A stretch of DNA of 64,000 bases from an uncultured virus (IMG/VR IMGVR_UViG_3300046314_000297) (lineage: Duplodnaviria > Heunggongvirae > Uroviricota > Caudoviricetes): the IMG/VR virus record IMGVR_UViG_3300046314_000297, one strand, 5' to 3'. A program made the position numbers and the translations under genes. This document shows, in pieces, positions 9,829 to 19,415 of the stretch; the stretch's first letter is position 1, and each line of letters starts with the position of its first letter. Below the pieces are notes generated by a model. That model made no database searches and was not told where the DNA came from. It worked only from the letters and a program-made list of their open reading frames with translations.

Positions 9829-10839
9829 ATGAAAGTTCTATTTACGGGAATGACCTCCGCTCACTGCAAGCAGCCAACGGAGTCCACAAACAAAACATTT
9901 TTTACTGTCTTCTCTAGCCTTTTCGGTACCATTGTTCCGGACGCAGAGGTTATATGGCAGTCTCCGAGCTTGACTTGGACTGAAGACTACCTAGATCAAT
10001 TTGATCTAGTGTTTGTAGGGGTTGTACCCCCTACCGCGCTAAGCGCAAATAAGATTTACGGAGCACTATCCGTTATAGATATCCTGTACAGCTCGCCTAA
10101 GTTGCACATGATTATCGACAATCCTCAGCTTTGGCAGTTCGAGACAGGATTTGCAGCGATTGCTAGAGACCCTAAGTACATTACTAGTGGGTTCTTCTCT
10201 AAGCGTTTCGAGAACAAGCTGGCGCAGTCTGAGAATGTTCAGGCTAGGCTCAAGGCGATTTCTGAGAAGCTACTTTCCGAGCAGTGGCCTAAGACCGTCT
10301 ACCCGAAGCTTCCTTGGAAGTCAGAAGAGTCCGTTGAATACCAGCTACCAAATGCTCGCGGAACGCTTATTGGTGTGAACCTAGATGCCTATCTCCTAAA
10401 CGAGGAGTTCGTAGTATTCCACGGTAGTCGAGATGGCTGGGCTATCGACACCAACGTGACTAAGTGGTCTAAAGGCATCTCTAAGATTACTGGACTGCCT
10501 GCTAGGAAGATGAAAGCTAGCATGCGAGCCTCTGATGATGAGGTCTATGATAACCTACGTGACTCCATTGGTGCTCTAATCTCTCCGCAGGATCGAGGAG
10601 TCGGAACTTGGTGGTCTTATCGCTATATTCAGGCTATGAATGCAACCTCACCGATTGTTACTGATTGGAAGGAGTCTAGCAAGTTATCCCACCACTGGTC
10701 CCACCTGGCATATCAGATCGAGGATATGACTGAGAGTGAGCGGTTTAATGTTGCAGCTAAGCAGACTGACACGTATTACGATGCCATTCCAACAAAGCAG
10801 GACATCTCTGCTCAATTTGAAGTATTATTTAATCTATAA
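9829..10839 (+). CDS. Hypothetical protein, possibly a GT-B-fold glycosyltransferase
   Basis: Start moved to ATG 9829 (MKVLFTG); C-terminal WWSYRYIQAMNATSPIVTD resembles the GT-B R..EA.A.G.PV motif; function is a weak guess. Confidence 0.35.
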   Translation: MKVLFTGMTSAHCKQPTESTNKTFFTVFSSLFGTIVPDAEVIWQSPSLTWTEDYLDQFDLVFVGVVPPTALSANKIYGALSVIDILYSSPKLHMIIDNPQLWQFETGFAAIARDPKYITSGFFSKRFENKLAQSENVQARLKAISEKLLSEQWPKTVYPKLPWKSEESVEYQLPNARGTLIGVNLDAYLLNEEFVVFHGSRDGWAIDTNVTKWSKGISKITGLPARKMKASMRASDDEVYDNLRDSIGALISPQDRGVGTWWSYRYIQAMNATSPIVTDWKESSKLSHHWSHLAYQIEDMTESERFNVAAKQTDTYYDAIPTKQDISAQFEVLFNL

Positions 10840-10851
10840 AGATAGGAAATC

Positions 10852-11280
10852 ATGCCTGAAGTAAATTTTGAATGGGTGCGAGCTCAGCTAGCCGAGGCAA
10901 AGGCTAAAGTCGGTCCTGGGAATGCAGTACTCCAGCTACTCGAAGTCTGGGAGCAGCAGTCTAAGCTAACCCCTAACCTTGCCAAAGAAGCTGTAGAGAT
11001 GTTCAGTAAGCTTGCACTAGGACACTCCTTGAAAGAAGAGCAAGTAGCTACTGATGAAACCTGGATCCTAGTTCAGCCTGGAAACATTAAGGTTGGCGAT
11101 GAAATTCGAGTCCTATCAGATGCCTTCCAAGATGCCTCTGGAACCCTACATAATGGTCGACGTGGTCGTATTGTAGCTATCCGCTATGGAGATGTAATTA
11201 TGAACTCTACTGATAATAAGACACCTCCCCTAAACGGAGTCCACTATTCACCGTACAAGCTAGAGAAGCGAGTCAAGTAA
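10852..11280 (+). CDS. Hypothetical protein
   Basis: AGGA RBS; 142 aa; SH3-like IKVGDEIRV segment. Confidence 0.7.
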   Translation: MPEVNFEWVRAQLAEAKAKVGPGNAVLQLLEVWEQQSKLTPNLAKEAVEMFSKLALGHSLKEEQVATDETWILVQPGNIKVGDEIRVLSDAFQDASGTLHNGRRGRIVAIRYGDVIMNSTDNKTPPLNGVHYSPYKLEKRVK

Positions 11281-11522
11281 TGCTACGTATTGCTTTTAAT
11301 ATTAAGTTCAATGCAGATACCGTAGCTGAAGCTTTGGTAAAAGCTGACGAGCTAGTAGCTGAGTTTTTAGATATCCCAACAACTCAGGTTGCTGATCGAG
11401 TAAATAGTGAGCTACGCGTGGAGCTAGCCGAGGCTAAGGACGGCGTTGCACCTTCCGCTAGATTTGTGATTACAGTTATTGGTAATCTAAAAAATGGGTT
11501 TGTATTCACTCCTGCAGTATAA
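11280..11522 (+). CDS. Hypothetical protein
   Basis: TAATG coupling; 80 aa. Confidence 0.65.
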   Translation: MLRIAFNIKFNADTVAEALVKADELVAEFLDIPTTQVADRVNSELRVELAEAKDGVAPSARFVITVIGNLKNGFVFTPAV

Positions 11523-11568
11523 ATTGTAATTCACGGTAAACGTAACTTAACCTAGGGATTCGTCAAGA

Positions 11569-11574
11569 TACAAT
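11569..11574 (+). promoter_or_regulatory. -10 element TACAAT, leaderless geometry
   Basis: 6 nt upstream of ATG 11581; no RBS. Confidence 0.55.
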
Positions 11575-11580
11575 CTTTCT

Positions 11581-11922
11581 ATGAAAGATTCTCGTATTGG
11601 CGAGTCCCTTTGGTTTATTTGGGACACTGACAATCAGGCAATGTCTGACGGTTTGATGCTACATACAGAAGGTCATGTTGATGTCGAGCACGAAGTTGTG
11701 CGTAGGGCATTGGCTTCTGCATTGCAACGTGAAGGCATTGCACTTTCTCTAAGTCAAGGATTCATGATGATTGATCGTGGCGAGATTACTCATGGCTATG
11801 CCGGAACATCTGAAGAAGACTCTACAAGTGTTGTCTCTTGTGATGCTGACGGTGATAATCCTGAAGATCTAGTTCTAGAAAATATAGTTCCAACTACATG
11901 GGTTAAGGTTTACGACTTTTGA
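11581..11922 (+). CDS. Hypothetical acidic protein
   Basis: 113 aa ORF overlapping the whiB start. Confidence 0.65.
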   Translation: MKDSRIGESLWFIWDTDNQAMSDGLMLHTEGHVDVEHEVVRRALASALQREGIALSLSQGFMMIDRGEITHGYAGTSEEDSTSVVSCDADGDNPEDLVLENIVPTTWVKVYDF

Positions 11923-12395
11923 TTGAATCTCCAGACTGGCACGAAGATGCAGAGTGCGCTAAGCCAGTAAATGCTAAGCATATAGAAAGCTTCTTTGCCA
12001 ACAAGCCATCCCAGCAGTTCGAGGCTAAAAAACTATGCTTTGAATGCCCTGTTCGAGCTGATTGTGCCAAGTGGGCTCTAGAGACTAAGCAGGTCTGGGG
12101 GATCTGGGGTGGCCTAGATTACAAGAAAATACGTAGAACCTTGTCAGTAAACTGGGAAGGCCAGGAGATGCGCCACAAGCGTTTCCCTTTATGCCCGTAC
12201 TGTAAGGCAAAAACATCTTCACTAACTACTAATACCATTGACCGACCTAACGGTGGACGCTGGTCTACTATGAAAATGGTTGAGTGCCTAGACTGTAAGT
12301 TCAGCTGGCAGAGCCGCACTAGTGCAAACGCTGTTGAGGCTTATCACTCGCAAGCTGCTAGGAAGAACAAGCAGCAAGGTAAAAGTCAAGATTAG
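11919..12395 (+). CDS. whiB: WhiB-family Fe-S transcription factor with C-terminal zinc ribbon
   Basis: W...AEC...AKKLCFECPVRADC..WAL...WGIWGG; extra CPYC...CLDC. Confidence 0.9.
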   Translation: MIESPDWHEDAECAKPVNAKHIESFFANKPSQQFEAKKLCFECPVRADCAKWALETKQVWGIWGGLDYKKIRRTLSVNWEGQEMRHKRFPLCPYCKAKTSSLTTNTIDRPNGGRWSTMKMVECLDCKFSWQSRTSANAVEAYHSQAARKNKQQGKSQD

Positions 12396-13446
12396 TCTTT
12401 AGACGAATATCTTCTTGATTCAACTCCACGGCCTTGGCACCATACTCTGCAGCTTCTTGATACTTGCCTAAGTTATAAGCAGCAATAGCTGCTAGATCAT
12501 AAGGCAACTCTCCCCATGCAAAGTCCTCGCATAGGTAATCTAGAGGCTTTTCTGCAATCCTCAGTGCCTCGGTAGAAACTTCATAGCACTTTTCCCAGTT
12601 CTTCTGATCATACATAAACTGAGCGTACTCAACCAAAGGTTCCCGACGGCCTGGCGCTTGAGCTATCGCCTTGTCTAGCCACTCCAGCTTATTAGCTGGC
12701 TCTACCTTTGCCAGATATCTCATGGATGCAGCACGCTCTGGTGCCCAGGTGGCGGTAGGGATAGACAAGTGACGCTTAAACTCTACTGCTGCTTCATCAT
12801 AGTGGCCGTAGAAGAATAGCTCTCTGGCATAGTAGAACGCACTGCGGTCATCCTGAGGGGTCTCCTTAACAGCTAGCTTCAATAGCGGTAGATACTGTGA
12901 ACGACTCTTTGTAGGGTCAGCTCGGTGGTGCAAGACTACCTTTGGAATAGTAATCCTATTCTCCGGCCCTTCGGCTTCCCAGTAGAGCGTCTCATGGCAA
13001 GGCTGACGCCAGCGATAACCAAAACGTGAATGTACCTTGTCTGCATAGAACTGGATTCCAGGAGTTACTCCGTCTTCCTTCCAGTTCCAAATGTAGTCGT
13101 AGGCGATTCGTTGAATGTTGCCGTCGTGAGCATCCCAGGCTGCTTGGATAGCTTCTACCCAGCCAGGCTGTAGATACTCATCTAGGTCGATGCTTAGACA
13201 GATGTCAATATCAGCGGGGATTAGGCTTAGGGCCGTATTGCGAGGAACGTCAAAACGCCAGGGCTTCTGACTAATCTCATAGACTACTGCTCCGCGTTCC
13301 CGTAGACGTTCTACAGTTCCGTCAGTTGATCCGGTGTCACAAACAAGTACTAGGTCAGCACCTTCGTTTGCATCCATAAATAGGTCTACGTGCTTGATCT
13401 CGTTTAGGGAGATAGCGTATACGCAAGTCTTTACTTTATTTGTCAT
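12358..13446 (-). CDS. GT2-family glycosyltransferase with C-terminal TPR repeats
   Basis: VYAISLNE, DTGSTDGT, PWRFDVPRN, SIDLDE (DxD), HE; TPR-like helices (YYAREL, AEYGAKAVELN). Confidence 0.9.
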   Translation of the reverse strand: MTNKVKTCVYAISLNEIKHVDLFMDANEGADLVLVCDTGSTDGTVERLRERGAVVYEISQKPWRFDVPRNTALSLIPADIDICLSIDLDEYLQPGWVEAIQAAWDAHDGNIQRIAYDYIWNWKEDGVTPGIQFYADKVHSRFGYRWRQPCHETLYWEAEGPENRITIPKVVLHHRADPTKSRSQYLPLLKLAVKETPQDDRSAFYYARELFFYGHYDEAAVEFKRHLSIPTATWAPERAASMRYLAKVEPANKLEWLDKAIAQAPGRREPLVEYAQFMYDQKNWEKCYEVSTEALRIAEKPLDYLCEDFAWGELPYDLAAIAAYNLGKYQEAAEYGAKAVELNQEDIRLKTNLDFYLAACSS

Positions 13447-14485
13447 TTGCTTCCTCGTACCACTTAAGGTTGGCTACCAACCTTTGATTTTCTGGATCTA
13501 ATTCTAAAGCTTTTTTGCCATACTCTAAAGCCTCGTCTGGCTTACCAATATAGTAAGCGGATAGTGCTCGTAGGTCATACGGGATGGCACCCCATGCCGC
13601 TGAGTCATATGTGAAGCCATCTCGCTTTTCTGTGATAGCTAGACAATCTACCGCTGCGTTATATGCTGATTGATGGTTCCCTAGTGCTGAATGTAGTTTT
13701 GCTATAGCGAACAAAGTCTCTCGCTCTTTACTCTGCTCTAGGCTTACATCTAGCCACTCTAAAGCAGATTCGACATTTGCTTGTTCTTGATAATTTGCTG
13801 CGATGTTCTTAGCTATGTAAGACTTTACAATAGGCCCCTCGGTGCAAGCAGCGTAACTTTCGGAACGCCAAAAGATTGCAGAATCTAAGTTGCCAATATT
13901 CTGATAATCATTAGCTAGGAAATACCTAGTGCGCCAATCCGTATCTCCCTCTTTAATCTTCTTGTGTAGAAGATCAAGGTAGCTTTTACGGCTTTTTGAA
14001 GTGTCCTGCCACTCATCCAGATAGATATTCGATGACCATAAGGTCTTCTCATCTCCTGCCCAGGTAAGCGTTTCATGAACCGCTCCAGTCCAGCGGCAAC
14101 CTTTACGAGCGTGAATCTTAGAATGCCACTGCCATGCGCCGCCGTTATGGCGGTACTTGTGATTGAGAATAGTCGCATCTGGCTCCCATGTCTTCTCCAA
14201 CTCCTCGCGCCAGCCAGGGAGTAGGACCTCATCCATATCCATAGACACTGCAACGTCAATATCTGCAGGGAGTAGTGATAGTGCAGAGTTCTTGGCATCG
14301 TCGAATCGCCAAGGAGATACTTTAATCTCAAAGGTGTTGATGCCTAGTTTTTTAGCTGCCTTAACTAGACCATCTGTAGAGCCAGTATCAGCAATCAAAA
14401 TGTAGTCTGCTTCTTTAGCGGAGGCATACCAACGCTTTAAGAAGTTCTTCTCATTTAGGGCGATCGAGTAAACCGCTACCTTCAT
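13436..14485 (-). CDS. GT2-family glycosyltransferase with TPR repeats (paralogue of the downstream gene)
   Basis: VYSIALNE, DTGSTDG, PWRFDDAKN, SMDMDE, VHETL; KKALELDPEN. Confidence 0.9.
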   Translation of the reverse strand: MKVAVYSIALNEKNFLKRWYASAKEADYILIADTGSTDGLVKAAKKLGINTFEIKVSPWRFDDAKNSALSLLPADIDVAVSMDMDEVLLPGWREELEKTWEPDATILNHKYRHNGGAWQWHSKIHARKGCRWTGAVHETLTWAGDEKTLWSSNIYLDEWQDTSKSRKSYLDLLHKKIKEGDTDWRTRYFLANDYQNIGNLDSAIFWRSESYAACTEGPIVKSYIAKNIAANYQEQANVESALEWLDVSLEQSKERETLFAIAKLHSALGNHQSAYNAAVDCLAITEKRDGFTYDSAAWGAIPYDLRALSAYYIGKPDEALEYGKKALELDPENQRLVANLKWYEEANDK

Positions 14486-14486
14486 A

Positions 14487-15689
14487 TTAAGCCTTTACAG
14501 ATAGAACACTTAGGTGCTCGCGAGCATCGTAGCTCCCGCCAAACACCATAGTGAGTAGTCCCGCACGCGATTGAGCGCCTGCACGGTCACGGTACCAGTC
14601 AGAGCCTGGGTCAGTAGTTGGGCACTGGCACCATAGGCGGTCACCAATGTCCATAGAGCGGAAGTTGTGGAAGTGTCCCGAAATCCAAATATCTGCGCCG
14701 CCTAGAGCGGTCTGACCTAGTGTCTGGTTTGCAAGATACTTCTCGATATTATTCTGGTTAGCCTGGTGACCGTGGAACATTCCCAGGTGTACACCGCAAA
14801 TCTCTGTTACAAGGGTTTGGTGGCCTGAAGATGGAAAGCGGAACTCTACGTGTTGTAGAGCTGGGTTTTCTGCACAGGCGTCTTGAACGGCTGAAGCAAT
14901 CTCAGTATTCCAGCCATCGGCTGGGTCAGTTGCAACATAGCGACCAGCTTCATCATGGTTTCCGTTGATGACTGGGACAATCATGTTCTGAGCAAGAGGT
15001 GCGTGCGCCTTAATCTGTGCCATAAGCAAGCGACGTGCAACACGCACCTGTTCGGTGATACCTAGATCTGAAGCTGCAAGACCCTGTAGTCGGCCACCCT
15101 GAGAAGTATTACCCTCTACATGGTCACCAGGGAGGCCTAGTGTGATAGTTCCTAGGTTCAGGCCCATCTTCTGGTAGGCCTTAAAGCGCTGTACAGATGA
15201 CTCGGTAAGATGTAGTAGCCGGTCAATAGTCTGCTGGGTTCCGCCAGAAGCTGCCTTCTTACCAATCTGCTGATCAGCAGGGAATAGCGCGTAAGAGCCT
15301 TCACCAGTAGCGGTCTTGATTCCAGTCTGGGGACGCCACTTCTTTACTTCATCGATGAGCTTCTCGGCATCTAAGTGGTCTTCGGCAGAAAGCTTTGATG
15401 GGATGACATTTACACGCTGAGACTCTAGGTACTCGCCATCATACTTCTGCCACTTACCTAGTCGAACAGATGTAACCTCCCATGAGAGGGGGTCTAGCCC
15501 GAAGTCCTCTAAGACCTGACGGGCATCTGAGGACTGTCCTTCTGGCTTTGGCTCAGAAATAAGAAAGCCTCCAGAGACACTATCGATGTCCATTCTTGGA
15601 CGCCAGTTCTCTGGAGTGTTAAGAGCTTTAAAGTCTGACCCTGACTTACCCGGGGAGGCCAGAGCCTCTAAGCGATCTGATAGGCCCAT
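14487..15689 (-). CDS. Calcineurin-like metallophosphoesterase
   Basis: ADQQIG, GDHVEG, GNHDE, FHGH, GHFH; start moved to MGLSDRL (TAATG overlap). Confidence 0.85.
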   Translation of the reverse strand: MGLSDRLEALASPGKSGSDFKALNTPENWRPRMDIDSVSGGFLISEPKPEGQSSDARQVLEDFGLDPLSWEVTSVRLGKWQKYDGEYLESQRVNVIPSKLSAEDHLDAEKLIDEVKKWRPQTGIKTATGEGSYALFPADQQIGKKAASGGTQQTIDRLLHLTESSVQRFKAYQKMGLNLGTITLGLPGDHVEGNTSQGGRLQGLAASDLGITEQVRVARRLLMAQIKAHAPLAQNMIVPVINGNHDEAGRYVATDPADGWNTEIASAVQDACAENPALQHVEFRFPSSGHQTLVTEICGVHLGMFHGHQANQNNIEKYLANQTLGQTALGGADIWISGHFHNFRSMDIGDRLWCQCPTTDPGSDWYRDRAGAQSRAGLLTMVFGGSYDAREHLSVLSVKA

Positions 15690-15958
15690 TAGTTCTTGAC
15701 CGCCTGGTGGCATGCGCAGTCAAGGCGGCGGTGTCGATCTACGGCACTATTGCTAATGTCGTGACCTTCTTCACGGAGGATCTTGCCCAGCACTGTATTA
15801 GGTACGCGCGTAGGGTCATCCGGTGCGGCTGCTAGAACAGCAGTCAGATTCTTTTTGTCGGTAGCTGAGAGTTCTGAGCCAGAAAGAAGTACACCGATTT
15901 TACATAATTTAACAGCTGATTCGTCAACCGCTGCTTTGAGCTTGTCCCCAAAAGACAT
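15689..15958 (-). CDS. Small putative HTH / metal-binding protein
   Basis: AGGAGAG RBS; ILREEGHDISNSAVDRHRRLDCAC. Confidence 0.6.
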   Translation of the reverse strand: MSFGDKLKAAVDESAVKLCKIGVLLSGSELSATDKKNLTAVLAAAPDDPTRVPNTVLGKILREEGHDISNSAVDRHRRLDCACHQAVKN

Positions 15959-16015
15959 TGTCTCTCCTAGTGTGTAATTTAGTCACTAGGAAAATGTTAC
16001 TACATGTTTTCGCGT

Positions 16016-16357
16016 TTAGCTAACTTTTTTTGCACGAGTTTTGCGAATTGGTGTAAGAGTTGCATCGCCAAATCTATTCCCCGAAGTAATGAAGTCTCTA
16101 ATTACGCCAACTTCAGCAGCAGTTTTTATGCTATGAGCTTCGATAATATTGACTCGGTCAGCTAGAGAGCTGCCACCGTTTTCCCAGAGTTGGTGCTCTA
16201 CACGATCTAGACGCTCTGCAAGGGTACGTCCATTTTTATCCACGCCGATGGAGTCGCTAATCTTTTTAACGAATCGGTAAATCGCGATGAGGCCACCAAT
16301 GATGACTCCGACAGCGGTAATAACGGCTGCAATAGTAAAAATAATCTCGTTAGTCAT
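16016..16357 (-). CDS. Membrane protein (N-terminal TM helix plus coiled coil), possibly holin-associated
   Basis: IIFTIAAVITAVGVIIGGLIAIY TM; NGGSSLADRV motif of the kind seen in actinophage membrane proteins. Confidence 0.55.
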   Translation of the reverse strand: MTNEIIFTIAAVITAVGVIIGGLIAIYRFVKKISDSIGVDKNGRTLAERLDRVEHQLWENGGSSLADRVNIIEAHSIKTAAEVGVIRDFITSGNRFGDATLTPIRKTRAKKVS

Positions 16358-16405
16358 GACCTATAATAGATTCTCTAGGGACAGCAATTAAGTTTGCTTC
16401 TTACA

Positions 16406-16414
16406 ATTTTACCC
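16406..16414 (-). promoter_or_regulatory. GGGTAAAAT -10 motif driving the leftward operon
   Basis: Same nGn-TAAAAT core as the cassette promoters of the array. Confidence 0.5.
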
Positions 16415-16496
16415 TATAAGGGTCGTCCTTATTTGACGGGCTGTTAGATCGAGCCGCCAGTAAGTAGGCAGTTCTGCCTCGAAAAAATGTTTCAAC

Positions 16497-16525
16497 TTGC
16501 AGATGCCCGCATTCGGGTGTATGCT
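16497..16525 (+). promoter_or_regulatory. SigA-like promoter for primase: TTGCAG-17 bp-TATGCT
   Basis: Canonical 17-bp spacing; spacer holds inverted repeat GCCCG-CATT-CGGGT. Confidence 0.55.
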
Positions 16526-16583
16526 GATTTTTATCTACTGGAGAGCATATGAATTTCTTTAACGACGACAAGGCGGACCACTA

Positions 16584-19226
16584 ATGAGCAGCTGGGAGAG
16601 CGCAGGCAATGGTCGGCTAGCACAGGGTGCTGCTTGGTACGCCAAAAAGGGTTGGGTATTGCTCCCAGTTCACGGTATTGATGAGGGTGGTCGTTGTACA
16701 TGCGGTAAGCCGCATGGCGACTCCAAGGATGTAGGCAAGCACCCAGCGCTACACAACTGGAACACTGAGGCATCTAGTGACCCTGCCATAGTAGCTAAGT
16801 GGTATGAACAAAACCCTGACTACAACATTGGTGTTTTCTGTAAGCCATCTGGATTCTTTGCCATCGATGTCGACCCACGCTCGGGTGGTGACGACTCTTT
16901 TCAGATTCTTGAAGAGCGTGCCGAAGGTAACCTACCTCCAACAGTAGAAGCCATCACCGGCGAATACAACATTCGCGGCAAGATTGTTCGTGGTCGTCAC
17001 CTTATCTATAAGTGCAACCCGAATGAGAAGTTCCTAGGGAACCTAGACAAGTCTGGTCTCAAGGGCATCGATATCAAGCACAACGGATACATCCTAATCA
17101 CCCCTTCGCGCCACTTCTCTGGGACTACCTATGACTGGAAGGAAGGGCACGAGCCATGGAACATGGAAATTGCAGAAGCTCCTGAAGAGCTTCTCGCGGT
17201 CCTACGTGCTAAGGCTTTGCGTACTGGAAGCGGTAGTAACTACCGTGAAGGCAGCTGGGACTGGATGTCCGACCTTGAGTTCGGTGGCGAAAAGGTTGAC
17301 GTTGACAAGATTCTTTCTGAAGGTATTCAAGAAGGTCACCGTGCTGTTGAGATCTACCGTCTAGCCTGTGCCCTAGCTAACAAGTTTGGTACGGACGACA
17401 AGGGCCGTCTAGCTATTGAATCTATGATGATTCGCTTCAACCACGAGATGGTTCACCCTCCTATGGAACTAGAGGGAGTCAACTCGCTACTCATGCACAC
17501 TCACCGTGCGATTGACTTTGTTGCTAATAACCCTAAGATTGACCGCTCGTGGCCGGGACTCACCGACTGGGTAGCAAATCAGGGTGCAACCTGGGCACAG
17601 AATGCCTCAGAGCAGCCGCAGGAGAGCGCTCCAGAGGGTTCTGTATTCGATCGAGAGCTTATGCCTGTTGCTAGTGGCGGAGCCGTAGGTTCAGCTATTG
17701 CTGAACTAGTTGAGCAGGGCATGTCTGTATCGGATGCTACTAGCAATGGAAACTTGCTACTGCCTAATGACGTTGATGCTCTAGAAGATGCCGATGGAGG
17801 CCGTCCGGGATACCGCACCCTAACTGATGTTGGTAATGGTCGTCGTCTAGTTGATACCTTTGGCTCTGCAATTCGCTACACTGCTGGTCTAGGTTGGTTC
17901 CACTGGAATGGCGGGTACTGGTGTCCAGACTCAGAGGACCTAAGGATTCAAGAACTTGCTAAGAAGCTATCTCCAGTTATTGCTGGTGAAGTTGCTAACT
18001 ACCCAGCTAGCGATGACACTAAGCGTCAGGAGCTAGTCAGCTGGGCTAAGAAGGCCAAGTCAAATGCAGTTATTACTGGAACCATTAAGAATGCTAACTC
18101 AGACCCGCGTATCGTCACTGGTGTTGAGCGTTGGGATGGCGATGCGCACTTGCTTGGTGTGCTCAATGGTGTAGTTGACTTGCGTACTGGTGACAAGCTT
18201 GAAGGCCGTCCAGACCTCTACATTACAAAGCGTGCTCCTGTGTCGTACACTCCTGGCCTACGTAACGTGCGCTGGGAGCAGTTCATTGACTATGCAACTG
18301 GTGGCGACAAGGAGCTTCAGGAGTGGATCCAGCGAGCAGCTGGTTATACCTTGACTGGCCTCAGCAACCAGGATGTTCTGTTCTTGGTTTACGGTCCTCC
18401 AGGTTCTGGTAAAAATACATTTGTTGAGACTATTGTTAACGCACTTGGTACCGAGCAGTATGCCGGTAAGTTGCCTTCAGAAATCATGGCAGCTGGTAAG
18501 GGCGGTAATGACTCGTCTGCTCAGTACTACATGGCTGAGCTGCGTGGTAAGCGTATGATCTGGATCGATGAGTTGCCAGAGTCTGAACGTCTAAACGAAA
18601 ACCAGATTAAGCAGATGACTGGTTCCTCTACTATTCAGGGTCGTTCTCCAGGTGAGAAGCCATTCACTTTTAAGGCTCAGGGGAAGATGTGGGTTACTAC
18701 TAACCACCGCCCGATTATTAATGATGATGCTATGTGGCGTCGTCTCCGTCCAATCCCATGGTTGAACATCCCTGAGACCTCAGACCCTGACCTCAAGGCA
18801 TACCTATCTGATCCAGAGGGTGGACTTCCTGCTGTTCTTTCATGGGCTGTTGAAGGTGCTATCAAGTATCTAGGCTCTAGTGCACGTGACCCTCTAGGTT
18901 GGTGTGCTGCAGTTCGCGATGCAGCTGACATCTACCGCAAGAATGAAGACCGTATTGGACTCTTCCTAGATGAGGAGACTAAGGAGTCTGATGGTACTTC
19001 AGTCACTATCAAGAGCCTCTATAGTGTCTATCGCATGTGGTCAGATGAGCGTGGAGAGCGTCCTATGACTCAGATTGCATTCCAGCGTAAGCTATCTGAC
19101 CGTGGCCTAAATGTTGTAGGTCAAGGCGTACGTGCTGAGATTAAGGACCGTACTCTGAACCCTCGCGCTGTGCCTAGCGGTGAGGTAGATTGGGGCACTA
19201 CGCTTCGAGCTGCAAAGAGCTTCTAG
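16584..19226 (+). CDS. Bifunctional primase-polymerase fused to D5-like SF3 helicase
   Basis: C-x-C...GKHP, NIG, IDVD, GRHLIY; TDVGNGRRL; Walker A GPPGSGKNT; IDE; TTNHRP; DDAMWRR. Confidence 0.92.
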   Translation: MSSWESAGNGRLAQGAAWYAKKGWVLLPVHGIDEGGRCTCGKPHGDSKDVGKHPALHNWNTEASSDPAIVAKWYEQNPDYNIGVFCKPSGFFAIDVDPRSGGDDSFQILEERAEGNLPPTVEAITGEYNIRGKIVRGRHLIYKCNPNEKFLGNLDKSGLKGIDIKHNGYILITPSRHFSGTTYDWKEGHEPWNMEIAEAPEELLAVLRAKALRTGSGSNYREGSWDWMSDLEFGGEKVDVDKILSEGIQEGHRAVEIYRLACALANKFGTDDKGRLAIESMMIRFNHEMVHPPMELEGVNSLLMHTHRAIDFVANNPKIDRSWPGLTDWVANQGATWAQNASEQPQESAPEGSVFDRELMPVASGGAVGSAIAELVEQGMSVSDATSNGNLLLPNDVDALEDADGGRPGYRTLTDVGNGRRLVDTFGSAIRYTAGLGWFHWNGGYWCPDSEDLRIQELAKKLSPVIAGEVANYPASDDTKRQELVSWAKKAKSNAVITGTIKNANSDPRIVTGVERWDGDAHLLGVLNGVVDLRTGDKLEGRPDLYITKRAPVSYTPGLRNVRWEQFIDYATGGDKELQEWIQRAAGYTLTGLSNQDVLFLVYGPPGSGKNTFVETIVNALGTEQYAGKLPSEIMAAGKGGNDSSAQYYMAELRGKRMIWIDELPESERLNENQIKQMTGSSTIQGRSPGEKPFTFKAQGKMWVTTNHRPIINDDAMWRRLRPIPWLNIPETSDPDLKAYLSDPEGGLPAVLSWAVEGAIKYLGSSARDPLGWCAAVRDAADIYRKNEDRIGLFLDEETKESDGTSVTIKSLYSVYRMWSDERGERPMTQIAFQRKLSDRGLNVVGQGVRAEIKDRTLNPRAVPSGEVDWGTTLRAAKSF

Positions 19227-19233
19227 TAGATTA

Positions 19234-19267
19234 GAGAAGGCCAGGCGAGAGTCTGGTCTTTTCTTTT
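19234..19267 (+). terminator. Intrinsic terminator after primase
   Basis: AAGGCCAGGC-GAGA-GTCTGGTCTT stem followed by TTCTTTT. Confidence 0.8.
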
Positions 19268-19283
19268 ATGCGATAATTGAAGG

Positions 19284-19410
19284 GTCCATTGTTGCCCGTA
19301 AGGAATCTAGTGAAACTTAATAACAGCGTAAATAATTCGTATCAATGTGCAATTTGCAAAGAGAATTTTGTTGTTAGGTCCCTCGCTAGAGTGTGCGAAG
19401 AGCAACATGA
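19284..19410 (+). ncRNA. Candidate structured non-coding RNA (~125 nt rod)
   Basis: TGCGATAAT extended -10 at 19269-19277; nested helices 19290-95/19402-07, 19306-13/19383-90, 19315-26/19368-79, 19334-38/19363-67 with several G-U pairs. Confidence 0.5.
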
Positions 19411-19415
19411 AAAAG

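Noticed and set aside
19284..19410. tRNA, SRP RNA or hammerhead identity for the structured element
   Set aside because: No cloverleaf or TTCRA T-loop, no SRP helix-8 motif, no CTGANGA core
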